A stretch of DNA of 43,685 nt from Octopus bimaculoides (Eukaryota): assembly GCF_001194135.2 (NCBI RefSeq), contig NC_068999.1, positions 3,898,095-3,941,779 on the forward strand, given 5' to 3'. This document shows, piece by piece, positions 35,601 through 43,685 of this stretch. Every line of letters begins with the position of its first letter. The stretch's first letter is position 1. The translations under genes were made by a program, and so were the position numbers. The notes beneath the pieces were generated by a model that had not been told where the DNA came from, searched no databases, and saw nothing but the letters and a program-made list of their open reading frames with translations.

Positions 35601-38600
35601 ATCGCAGACTGAACCGTTTTCTCGATGGCACTTAACTTCTCAGCAGACATGTCTTCCTGTAACACAAATCATTCAGACATTTTATTTATATATCTGTGTG
35701 TGTGCATGTATATGTGTGTGTGTGTGTCTATGTGCTTGTAAGTGTGTGTGTATGTGTTTTTGCATCTGTATAGGCATATATCTGTAGGTCTGTGCATGTA
35801 TGTGTGTCTATGTGTGCGTGTATGCATTTGCCTGTGAATGTGTATCTGTGTCTGATACATAGTAGTAGTAGTAGTAGTTGTTGTTGTAGTAATAGTGGTA
35901 GTGGTAGTGGTAGTGTGGAGAGAATGGACTTACCAGACAGGAGAAATCAAATGTGAATTTGTGTTCCATGACTGAAGAACCAAGTTGTCGGACTTGAGAA
36001 GCAAGGATTTGTTGCAAGGCAGAGTTTAATAAATGTGTAGCCGTGTGGTTACACATACAGCCTTGTCTCACATCCTACAATTACACAAAAGAAATAGAAA
36101 TATGGAACTTATCGGCAAAGCATGGTCTGCAGGGCCTTTCTATATTGTTGGGAAGTTATGATGGTGGTCCTAGTGATATTGGTGAGGGTGACGGTAGCAG
36201 TGGCAGTGGTATTGAGGTTGATGATCATGATGGAGGGGATGGTGTTGGTGGTAGTGATGATGCTAGTAGTGGTGAGGTTGATGGTGGTGGTGGTGATGTT
36301 GGTGAGGATGACGGTGGTGGTGGTGGTGATGATGATGATGACAATGGTAGTGGTGGTGATGATGATGGTGTTGGTGGCAGTGATGATGGCGGTGGTGGTG
36401 ATGTTGGTGAGGATGACAATGGTAGTGGTGGTGATGATGATGGAATCGATGGTGGTTGTGGTTCCAAGGTTGTAGTAGTGAAGATAGTAGTGGTGATGAT
36501 GATTATGATAATGGTGATGATGCTAAGGGTGGTGGTGGTGGTGGTGGTGGTGATGAAAAACTCCTACCTGTTCCAGCTGCAAGCTAACCAAATCCTGCTT
36601 CATGAAACTGCCTTCTTGCACCTGGCCAAAATGCACTACATAATTCTGCATCTGTTGCACACTGGTTACCTGGAACTTAGCACCTGTCTTCTGTAAATAG
36701 TAAAAATAGAGGTGAGTGCAGGGGGGAGGAGTAATCTGATAGTATAATGGTAGTGAGTGTGGCAGTAGGGTCACATGTAGTAAACAGTGTGTTGTTTAAC
36801 CCTAGGTCATGCCTGATCAGGCAGATCTATGATCAAAATGATTCCAGCCATGACCAACCTGTCTTCTAGGGATATAATTAGGGTTCAGCAAAATTGCTTC
36901 ACCACATACCGAAATTTAGAAATAGCAGTTAAATACCATTCCTCTACCATTATATATCTCCCAGACAACGAGATATATCATGTCTTGGAGATATCTTATG
37001 GTAGTGGAATAGTATTTAACTGCTATTTCTAAATTTCGGTATGTGGTGAAGCAATTTTGCTGAACCTTAATTATAATTATGCTTATAATTATAAAACTTT
37101 TGTATAAGTTTACCAATAATGGTTCTTCTAACACACCGAACTACTTGGTGAAATTATTAGTTGTTAATTATTAATTTTCCCCCTATATCAGTATATATAA
37201 AACAGTTTATACAACTGGGGTGATGACTCTTAGTCTTATACACCTTATCAAGCATTATTTGTTTTATTAAAAGGGGGAGGAAAGGGATCAGAGCAACAGA
37301 AAATGTAAAATGAATAATTTACCTTTGCAACAATGTGACCCAGGTCAGACTGTTGACCTCCAGCCTCGGCATAGAAAGATGTCCTGTTTAAAAGAACAGC
37401 ACACTTGTCTCCAGCAGAAACCTTCTCAGTCAAAAAATCGTTATGGATCAAAGCCACCACGCAGCTGCCGGGGACATCGGTAAAACCTGGCAAGAATGGG
37501 GAAAGTGAAGATGTGAGAGAGACACCAGAATTGCAGGGAGAAAGTTATACATCAAGTATTAAGGGCCCAAAGATACACATGGAGAATATGGGCCCTATGG
37601 TACGTGATGCACAAAAGGGCTAAAGATACATCATCATCATCAGCATCACCATTTAATACCCATTTTCCATGCTGGCATGGGTCAGGCATTAAGGACCCAA
37701 AGACACATATGAAAAATTAAGGGTCCAGAGTTACATGTGGAAAATTAAGGGTTCATTAGTACAGCCAGAAGATTAAGGAGCCAAGGTTACATATGACACA
37801 CAAAGGGCTCAACAATACAATGGAACATTTTGGACCCAAAGGTACAAGTGGAAAATTAAGGGCTCAAAAGAACATATAGCACATAAAGAGCCCAAAGATA
37901 CAATGGAACATTAAAGGTCCTATGGTACAAGGTATATAGGGTCTAACTGTACATATGGTAAATTAAGGGTTCATAATATGAAATCTGTGCTCATTAGTCT
38001 TTAGGAAATATTTGACCAAACTGGACATTGCACAGTGTGATAGTGACCAAAGTGGGTTGGTGGGGGTGAATGCTTACCAATCATCATCATCATCATCATC
38101 AACATCATCTTTCTTTAATATATGTTTTCCATGCAGGCATGGGTTGGATGGTTTGACCAGAACTGGCAAACCGGAGTGCTGCTCTAGGTTCCAGTGTGGT
38201 TTCACTTGTTTTCTGCAGCTGCACACCCCTTCCTAACACCAACCACTTTACAGAGTCTGCTGGGTGCTTTTAACATGGTACCAGCATCATGCTGATGCCA
38301 TGTAAATGGTTCTAGCATTTAATGATGATGATGGCAAAATGGTTAGAGGCTGTGTGCTAAAATGTTTGTAGCAAAGAAAAACTGGTAAGTTTAGATCTCA
38401 AGATGTTGGACTTCACAGATGGATGAGTCAGGACGAAGAAGATGGAGTGACTTAGTGATCGTACTCTGTTGTAGATATGTTCATGTACTTTATGGACCAA
38501 CAGAATCAATACCAGTAATATACTGTGGTCCTATGAAAACTGACCTTTGTCCCAAAGGGAGGTCATCTGTGGGTCATGAAACAACAATGGACTTACTGTA

Positions 38601-40840
38601 AACACCATTAGTACTGGTGTATAGGTATTTGTAGTGGTCATCTGTGGTCAAAATGGAAGATTCCTGAAGCTTTGATATTAGGTCAGGATCCAGAAGAGCC
38701 TTTGGTACAGCTGGTTTCTCTAAACTGGGTTGAAGCTGTCAATAAGACAAACAGGAAACTATTAAACAACAACGATTATTATTATTATTAATTATTTATA
38801 GGAAAATAGCTTTTTATCATCACACTTACATTATACAGATGCATATGCATAAACACACACACACATATATACACACATATGATAAGGTGCTGGAAAGTTC
38901 CTGGCTTTTGGTAAAAGAAAATAGAAGAGGATCACTGAATTATGATTTTATTGAACATCTTCCCTTCTAAGATTCACAGATTATTGCAACGGTCCTTCAG
39001 TTTTTCTAAGCCCTGTAAAAGAACTTGGAAGGTTGGGCCTCCAACCAGGCCTTTCGTGACATTCTTAAAGCCAGGAACTTTTCAGAACCCCGTCATATGT
39101 ATGTGTGTGATGTCTGTATACTTATGTATGTATGTATGTGTGTGTGTATGTTTATGTGTGTAAGAGATAGAAGGACAGTGAGAGTGGTATGATGGTGTAT
39201 GGAAACTAAAAATGGATAGTCAGTGTAGAGGACTCTACATGGTGCATGGTTAAGATATATAGAGGACTACATGAGGGGTAAGATGTGTGAGGTGTGTAGT
39301 TGTATAGAGGGTACATGTGGTGTGAGTAAGAACATGTGGTGATGCGTTACATGTATGACAAGAGTGAAACATGGACAGCCAATGTGGAATATGATTTACC
39401 TGTCGTTTTAAAAAGTCTTCCTGAATTTTATCAATGTCCACCTGGTAACCTCTCTCCCATGCAATATTGCACAGAACATCGACAGGGACCGGTCGACCAA
39501 ACCGGCCCTCAGCTAACTGCATGATGTTTTCTGGAAAAACAAGAAGAATCTTTCTGACAAGGGAAAATAAATTCTAAGAATATGGTCAGATTAACCACAG
39601 TATGGGAGATTTACTTCAACATGGGTTAGAGGTGGCAAAATTTGTAGGTAGTTAGACAACTAACCAAAGTAACAAGGGTTCAAATCTCATCTGTCTGTAA
39701 TGTCTATGGCCAAGACAATACTTAACTCTCAATAATCCACTTTAGCAAAATTTAAATTTTCTTCTCCTGTTTTAAACCCTGCTGAAGTCACAATTTTTTT
39801 CTTTTCACAGTTGAGTGAATTTGCTAACATTAATCACTGAACCGTGACATACAAGAGAAGTCTAGTCAGTTGCTGACCACAAAAATGCAATTACAGTTAG
39901 TAACAAGGTTTGAACTCACGACCAAGAAGTCAGTAGACTAACATCTTAACCAGACGACTAACACAGTATACACACATATTCATAACTTAATAAACACAAT
40001 AAAGGTCTCTGAGAATTAAAATAAAACATTTACAAACCATCAGTGAAATGTTGAGAACCAAGTTTGTTGAGAAGTCTTTTGAAAGAATGGTAGCCATCCT
40101 GTAACATCTCCAAGTAATGCCTCTCGCTTTGGTCCAGAATCTCTTGGATCTGTCAACAGATTATGGAATATTTTTGGGGGTTTTTTCTACCAAAATATCT
40201 AAAATTTTCTAGAATATTTCAAACAATGAATTAGTTTGATATTTAAAATATAATATCATGTGTGTGTATATTTGTATACCAGGGACGTGCCACCTGGGTA
40301 GGCAAGGTAGGCAGTGCCTACCCTGAATGAAATAGATCCATAGTAACATTTTCCCTTTATGGCATTATAAAACACACACACACACACACACACACAGATG
40401 AAATTTATTCTAAGCATTATTTACCATTGTTTTATCTTGGAAGCATTCAGGGAAGACATCTTCCTGTAATGATAAAAACAGAATTTTTGTTCAATACATT
40501 TATCAGAATATTTCCACCCCCATCCCATGTTCCCCCAATTCTACAATATGTCCCTCCTACCCACATTTCCGTAATCAACAATGTGTCCCCGTAACCAAAG
40601 TCCAATGCCTGTTCTAACATAAAAGAAATAACAACAACAGAAGCAAGAATCCAAAACCAATCTAACATAGAATCCAGCTTACCAATGATTCCGCGACATC
40701 ATTGACCAATGATCCAAAGAATCCAGCTGGGGCTTGGAAGATGGTGTGGGACTGGTGGAGAGCTCGGTGGATGACATGGCGCAGTTTGTGTCTGGAGAAA
40801 GAATGAGAAACGGATTACACATATCTTATGAAGACTGAGC

Positions 40841-40876
<36 letters not shown>

Positions 40877-43190
40877 CTTATAGTCTGGGTTGTTCAGTGA
40901 CATCTATTTAGTGTCAAGATAGATTCAATACTTGGTAAAATATATACACCCCATTCACATACACTTAGAATAATATACACATCAACACACACAGACATAA
41001 ATAAATATAACACACACATATACATAAGGATACACAGGTATCAAAATACATAATAAACACATTGAATATGCAAATACATATATAACACACATGCACACAA
41101 TTGTAACACACACACACATATTACGCACATACACACACATGTATATACACAAACACAGGTACAACACAGTGATCTGTGCTGGAACTGAACCCAGTACCTT
41201 CACATTACATCTCACAGCAACGACAGATGCTAACAAGTCACTCACCCTAAGCCATCCCTGCTAGGTAACAAGCCATCACCGATGGATATTGTTGACATCC
41301 TTATATGGTCAGCAACAATTCTGTAGGCCTCGTCTCTGCCACCAACATCAGCCATTCCAGTCTTACCTTTATATTGAGCAGAACCAGTCACCTACAACAA
41401 AACAAACACAACCATTTTTCGACTCAGAGATGATGCCAAGCTGTAGGCAAACAAGTTCCAGTAAAAAAAAAAAACCCAAAATAGTTTCAATGCTTTAAAA
41501 CATTTACAAACCATCAGTGAAATGTTGAGAAGTCTTTCGAAAGAATGGTAACCACCCTGTAACATCTCCAAGTAATGCCTTTCACTTTGGTCCAGAATTT
41601 CTTGGATCTGTCAACAGATTATGGAATATTTTCTAAGGTTTTCCAGAATCAGACAAACTTATCTGCCTCCTTTCTGCTCTTTGAAGAAAAAAGTGGAGTG
41701 TGTATGCTCAAAGAATACACTTCTCATTTCTTCAAGGAATGGTACTGTCTCAGACACAAGAACTCATCTCTCTTCAAACCATACAAAAATATATTTTATT
41801 TTAGAAATTTTAAAAAATGTTTGTTTTTAGTTTCTGCCAACACTGGCCAGCACCAGCTTCTTCCAATTCTAATTGGTTTTTTTTTTTTTTTTTTTTTTTG
41901 AGTAAATAGCTTACCTTGTGAATTCTGTTAAATATTCCTTGAAACAAATCTGAGCTGTAATTGTCTTTGGAACCAGAAAGAACTGAACACAACCGCTCCA
42001 GTCCAAGTCCCGTGTCTACATGTTGTTTGGGGAGTTTCTGCAAACTTTGGTCAGTCATTCTATCAAAGACAATAAGGAAGAACGGATGCAGGTCTTTATA
42101 AAATGTGTGTGGTGTGTGAGTGTGCGCATGTGAGTGTACGTCTGTGCATTATTGCATCTGTCACTATCTCGTACTGCTCAAGGGCCAGTATTGCTTTATT
42201 TACATCCCTGTCACATAGTAATTCTTCAAAAGGGCACTGACAGAATAAGTATCAGACTCAAAATAAACCCCGGCGTCCACTTTGCTGAGTGGTTGGTGTT
42301 AGGAAGGGCATCCAGCTATAAAAATCCTGCCAAAACAGTCAGCGACGTCTGGTGCAGGCTTCTGCCTGGCCGGTTCCTGTCAAACCGTTCCACCCATGCC
42401 AGCATGGAAGGCGAACGTTAAACGATGATGGTGATAGTGATGATATATTTTTAACTGATGACACAGAATGAACCGTGGACACACAGCGGAGTCTAAAAGA
42501 AAATCTACTTTTAATATCATTAATAAAAATCGGAAGTGGCGCTGCAATTACGAAATTGTTATGGAAATTAAATTTCGATGCAGTGGAGCAAAAAGATTCG
42601 TCACTCTTAAAATATAAAGTGATTGGTCAGGAATCACTTCACTCCAGAATGAACTCGTCACCGTCTGACGGGTTATCTCCCTTCGTTAAACGACACTGGC
42701 AAAGAGTTACTTCCCTTCGATAACTAATGCGAAGAAATCCGCTAAAAAAAGTGTTTCGTGGAATCTGCAGAAAATGGTGACTTCCTGGTAGATTCGAACG
42801 TCAACCTACAGATAAAAAAACGATCTTAAAATTAAGATGGTGTGGTCACTATTGGAACGTCCTAAATTATAACTCTGCTGGATCAGGGTTTAACTAACAC
42901 TGAACAACATCAAAAACAACAAAACATGTTGGCCAAACTACCACATGTTAAAATGGACTGATCACGTGACAGAGCACCACAGCCATGATGTAACTCACCG
43001 ATTGTACTCCATAAATACCAGATTCCATATTTCAACAACATCCGAAGATCCAGTGTTAACCAAATGAGCAGCGTTTCTATTGCCAATGTGGTCGTAATGG
43101 ATTTCTGTGCAAGGACCACATGGCCCTGTGTTGCCCATTTCCCAGAAATTGTCCTTCACATCAAATGGTAAAATCTTCTCTGCAGGAATC
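29407..43190 (-). CDS. AARS2: Alanyl-tRNA synthetase, probably mitochondrial; 5'-truncated at window edge (gene span, spliced)
   Basis: 19 GT-AG exons join in frame (2422 nt). Motifs [81 protein letters not shown]. Heavy divergence of the tRNA-recognition helices and C-Ala domain argues for the mitochondrial paralogue (inference). Confidence 0.93.
29673..29795 (-). mobile_element. SINE family A, partial
   Basis: ggcacaaggccagcaatttt...ccccagtattcaaccggtacttatt...gaaagg..aaaagcaaagtc shared with other copies. Confidence 0.7.
30338..30612 (-). mobile_element. 3' end of RTE-like LINE (5'-truncated) with (GAT)n tail
   Basis: Minus strand encodes [22 protein letters not shown] then a 3'UTR with GTTAGGAAGGGCATCCAGC and a ttaaatgatgatgatg tail. 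Confidence 0.72.
30959..31054 (-). CDS. AARS2: AlaRS exon ([17 protein letters not shown]...AVVTPK)
   Basis: ctccacag| and |gtaagt; phase 0-0; C-Ala-like beta strands ending V-x-x-P-K. Confidence 0.82.
31374..31451 (-). CDS. AARS2: AlaRS exon ([26 protein letters not shown])
   Basis: ttttcag| and |gtaaga; phase 0-0. Confidence 0.8.
32265..32580 (+). mobile_element. tRNA-headed SINE family D
   Basis: A-box tggctcagtggttaga, B-box gagttcaattc, body gtgttcttgagcaagacactttatttcac...ccagttcactcaactgta; related head at ~17020-17090. Confidence 0.78.
32647..32766 (-). CDS. AARS2: AlaRS exon ([16 protein letters not shown]...SSDLAM)
   Basis: ccccag| and |gtgagt; phase 0-0. Confidence 0.85.
32860..33030 (-). 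mobile_element. SINE family A
   Basis: actggtacttaatttatcgaccccgaaagggtgaaaggcaaagttgacc...gaatttgaactcagaa shared with other copies. Confidence 0.82.
33083..33300 (-). mobile_element. RTE-tail family copy
   Basis: catcatcaccattgtttaatgtctgttttccaagctggcatgggttggacggtttga...ctggatgcccttcctaa; further minus copies at ~31940-32060, 37628-37685, 38080-38290. Confidence 0.78.
33455..33565 (-). CDS. AARS2: AlaRS exon ([16 protein letters not shown]...LKTIYA)
   Basis: tttgtag| and |gtaagt; phase 0-0; helical/coiled-coil character. Confidence 0.85.
34387..34495 (-). CDS. AARS2: AlaRS exon ([14 protein letters not shown]...[13 protein letters not shown])
   Basis: ttcacag| and |gtgagt; phase 2-0. 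Confidence 0.93.
34756..34865 (-). CDS. AARS2: AlaRS exon ([12 protein letters not shown]...YSQELCTGT)
   Basis: atttcag| and |gtgagt; phase 0-2. Confidence 0.92.
34952..35250 (+). mobile_element. Two tandem SINE family B copies joined by (TG)n
   Basis: Copies at ~34952-35090 and ~35112-35250, each with the head and cactgcgtggcacct.gggc.ag body. Confidence 0.82.
35516..35656 (-). CDS. AARS2: AlaRS exon ([15 protein letters not shown]...VTYNPNE)
   Basis: gttacag| and |gtaggt; phase 0-0. Confidence 0.9.
35934..36074 (-). CDS. AARS2: AlaRS editing-domain exon ([20 protein letters not shown]...QLGS...FTFDFSCL)
   Basis: ttgtag| and |gtaagt; phase 0-0; HxxxH motif. Confidence 0.95.
36160..36555. 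repeat. (GGT/GAT)n compound trinucleotide array
   Basis: Generates spurious Gly/Asp-, Val/Met- and Pro/Ser-rich ORFs. Confidence 0.9.
36568..36690 (-). CDS. AARS2: AlaRS exon ([12 protein letters not shown]...YVVHFG...LQLEQ)
   Basis: tttacag| and |gtagga; phase 0-0. Confidence 0.92.
36873..37075. repeat. Inverted repeat (foldback), ~95-bp arms, 13-nt spacer
   Basis: 55-bp perfect stem core; both strands give the ORF text [18 protein letters not shown]. Confidence 0.95.
37323..37486 (-). CDS. AARS2: AlaRS exon ([12 protein letters not shown]...[24 protein letters not shown])
   Basis: ttgccag| and |gtaaat; phase 1-0. Confidence 0.95.
37555..37975. repeat. Degenerate minisatellite (AAATTAAGGGCCCAAAGATACACATGG-like)
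   Basis: Recurring ttaaggg, cccaaag and tacacat/tacaatgg units. Confidence 0.7.
38597..38735 (-). CDS. AARS2: AlaRS exon (LQPSLEKP...[17 protein letters not shown])
   Basis: ttgacag| and |gtaagt; phase 0-1; TDD..KY motif. Confidence 0.88.
38878..39097 (-). mobile_element. Mariner-derived MITE with transposase C-terminal remnant
   Basis: ~30-bp imperfect TIRs (atatgataaggtgctggaaagttcctggcttt vs rc of aaagccaggaacttttcagaaccccgtcatat), TA-flanked; minus strand reads [12 protein letters not shown].(frameshift)VNLRREDVQ*, like mariner GIEKL..RW.KCV.L.G.YVE*. Confidence 0.75.
39400..39530 (-). CDS. AARS2: AlaRS exon ([20 protein letters not shown]...ERGYQVD...FLKRQ)
   Basis: tttccag| and |gtaaat; phase 1-0. 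Confidence 0.88.
40038..40149 (-). CDS. AARS2: AlaRS exon ([37 protein letters not shown])
   Basis: tgacag| and |gtttgt; phase 0-1; corresponds to the EIINEEE..FL.TL..G helix. Confidence 0.88.
40425..40463 (-). CDS. AARS2: AlaRS 39-nt microexon ([13 protein letters not shown])
   Basis: cattacag| and |gtaaat; phase 0-0; fills the expected GDAYPEL position. Confidence 0.8.
40683..40791 (-). CDS. AARS2: AlaRS exon ([11 protein letters not shown]...[13 protein letters not shown])
   Basis: tctccag| and |gtaagc; phase 2-0; aligns to YVLRRILRRA...FFATLVDVV of AlaRS. Confidence 0.92.
41246..41391 (-). CDS. AARS2: AlaRS exon ([10 protein letters not shown]...[10 protein letters not shown]...[10 protein letters not shown])
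   Basis: ttgtag| and |gtgagt; phase 0-2. Confidence 0.95.
41512..41607 (-). pseudogene. Duplicated copy of AARS2 exon 40038-40149 (pseudo-exon or cassette exon)
   Basis: Same sequence with 6 transitions and a 16-nt deletion; both splice sites and some flanking intron retained. Confidence 0.85.
41915..42059 (-). CDS. AARS2: AlaRS exon ([23 protein letters not shown]...NRIHK)
   Basis: tgatag| and |gtaagc; phase 2-0; motif 3. Confidence 0.96.
42270..42445 (+). mobile_element. RTE-tail family copy, opposite orientation
   Basis: ggttggtgttaggaagggcatccagctataaaaa...cccatgccagcatggaaggcgaacgttaaacgatgatg; a similar plus copy lies at 26045-26145. Confidence 0.8.
42999..43190 (-). CDS. AARS2: AlaRS exon ([19 protein letters not shown]...[13 protein letters not shown])
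   Basis: catccag| and |gtgagt on minus; phase 2-2; motif-2 region. Confidence 0.96.
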
Positions 43191-43509
43191 CTGGATGAAG
43201 TAAGAACAAGAACTTACAGCTACTTCATATCAATACTGTTTAGCTGATCTGGTAACATGGACCACACACATACAGATATATACAACACTCATATGTTGAA
43301 ATCAATAGGAGTGACCATCATCGTGGAGTAGGAGTGGAGGGACGTTGTAATTAATGAGAGGGAGATAAACTGGAGTAAAAACTCGACACAAACACAAGAG
43401 ATGGTGAGATCTGAAGGTACGACACAGGGGTCACAGGAGGGGAAAAAAGAATTGAATATGGAGCCTTTCAGAAGAGACAGAGAAAAAGTTAAGAAAGAGA
43501 GAGTAAGGT

Positions 43510-43670
43510 GTAGGAGTGGCTGTGTGGTAAGTAGCTTGCTTATGAACCGCATGATTTCCGGTTCAGTCCTACTGCGTGGCTCCTTGGGCAAGTGTCTTCT
43601 ACTATAACCTCGGGCCGACCAAAGCCTTGTGAGTGGATTTGGTAGATGGAAACTGAAAGAAGCCCATTTA
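43510..43670 (+). mobile_element. SINE family B, near-intact
   Basis: ggagtggctgtgtggtaagtagcttgct...cggttcagtcctactgcgtggc.ccttgggcaagtgtcttctactataacctcgggccgaccaaagccttgtgagtggatttggtagatggaaactgaaagaagccc. Confidence 0.88.
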
Positions 43671-43685
43671 TATATATATATATAT

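Noticed and set aside
36043-36696. 217-aa Gly/Asp-rich ORF and overlapping Pro/Ser ORF
   Set aside because: Lies antisense to AARS2 over an intronic (GGT/GAT)n array.
42899-43685. Further 5' AARS2 exons within the window
   Set aside because: No AlaRS motif-1 sequence found right of 43190; the N-terminal exons must lie outside the window.

Overview
Eukaryotic, AT-rich, microsatellite-dense draft scaffold with five N-gaps. The repeat complement (tRNA-headed SINEs, RTE LINE tails, (AC)n/(ATAC)n/(CAT)n arrays) fits an octopod cephalopod; this is inference. Two multi-exon genes converge tail to tail. (1) Plus strand, 7793-27010: a short filamin-family gene of the jitterbug/fln-2 type, with 15 supported coding exons, about 8 filamin Ig repeats and no actin-binding CH domains. 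One exon is probably missing from the model. (2) Minus strand, 43190-29407: the 3' 19 exons (~806 codons) of a divergent alanyl-tRNA synthetase, most likely mitochondrial AARS2; its N-terminus lies beyond the right edge. Introns carry fossil R4/Dong-like and Penelope-like (GIY-YIG) retroelements, a mariner-derived MITE, several SINE families and minisatellites. Best leads: a displaced duplicate of an AARS2 exon whose 16-nt deletion makes it frame-compatible with the intron it sits in; a ~225-bp-arm intronic foldback rich in A-C mismatches and a second ~95-bp-arm foldback; a pre-miRNA-shaped intronic hairpin; and an unannotated in-frame candidate cassette exon in the filamin gene. No prokaryote-style system (CRISPR, operon) is present. 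All family assignments come from recalled motifs; no database search was run.
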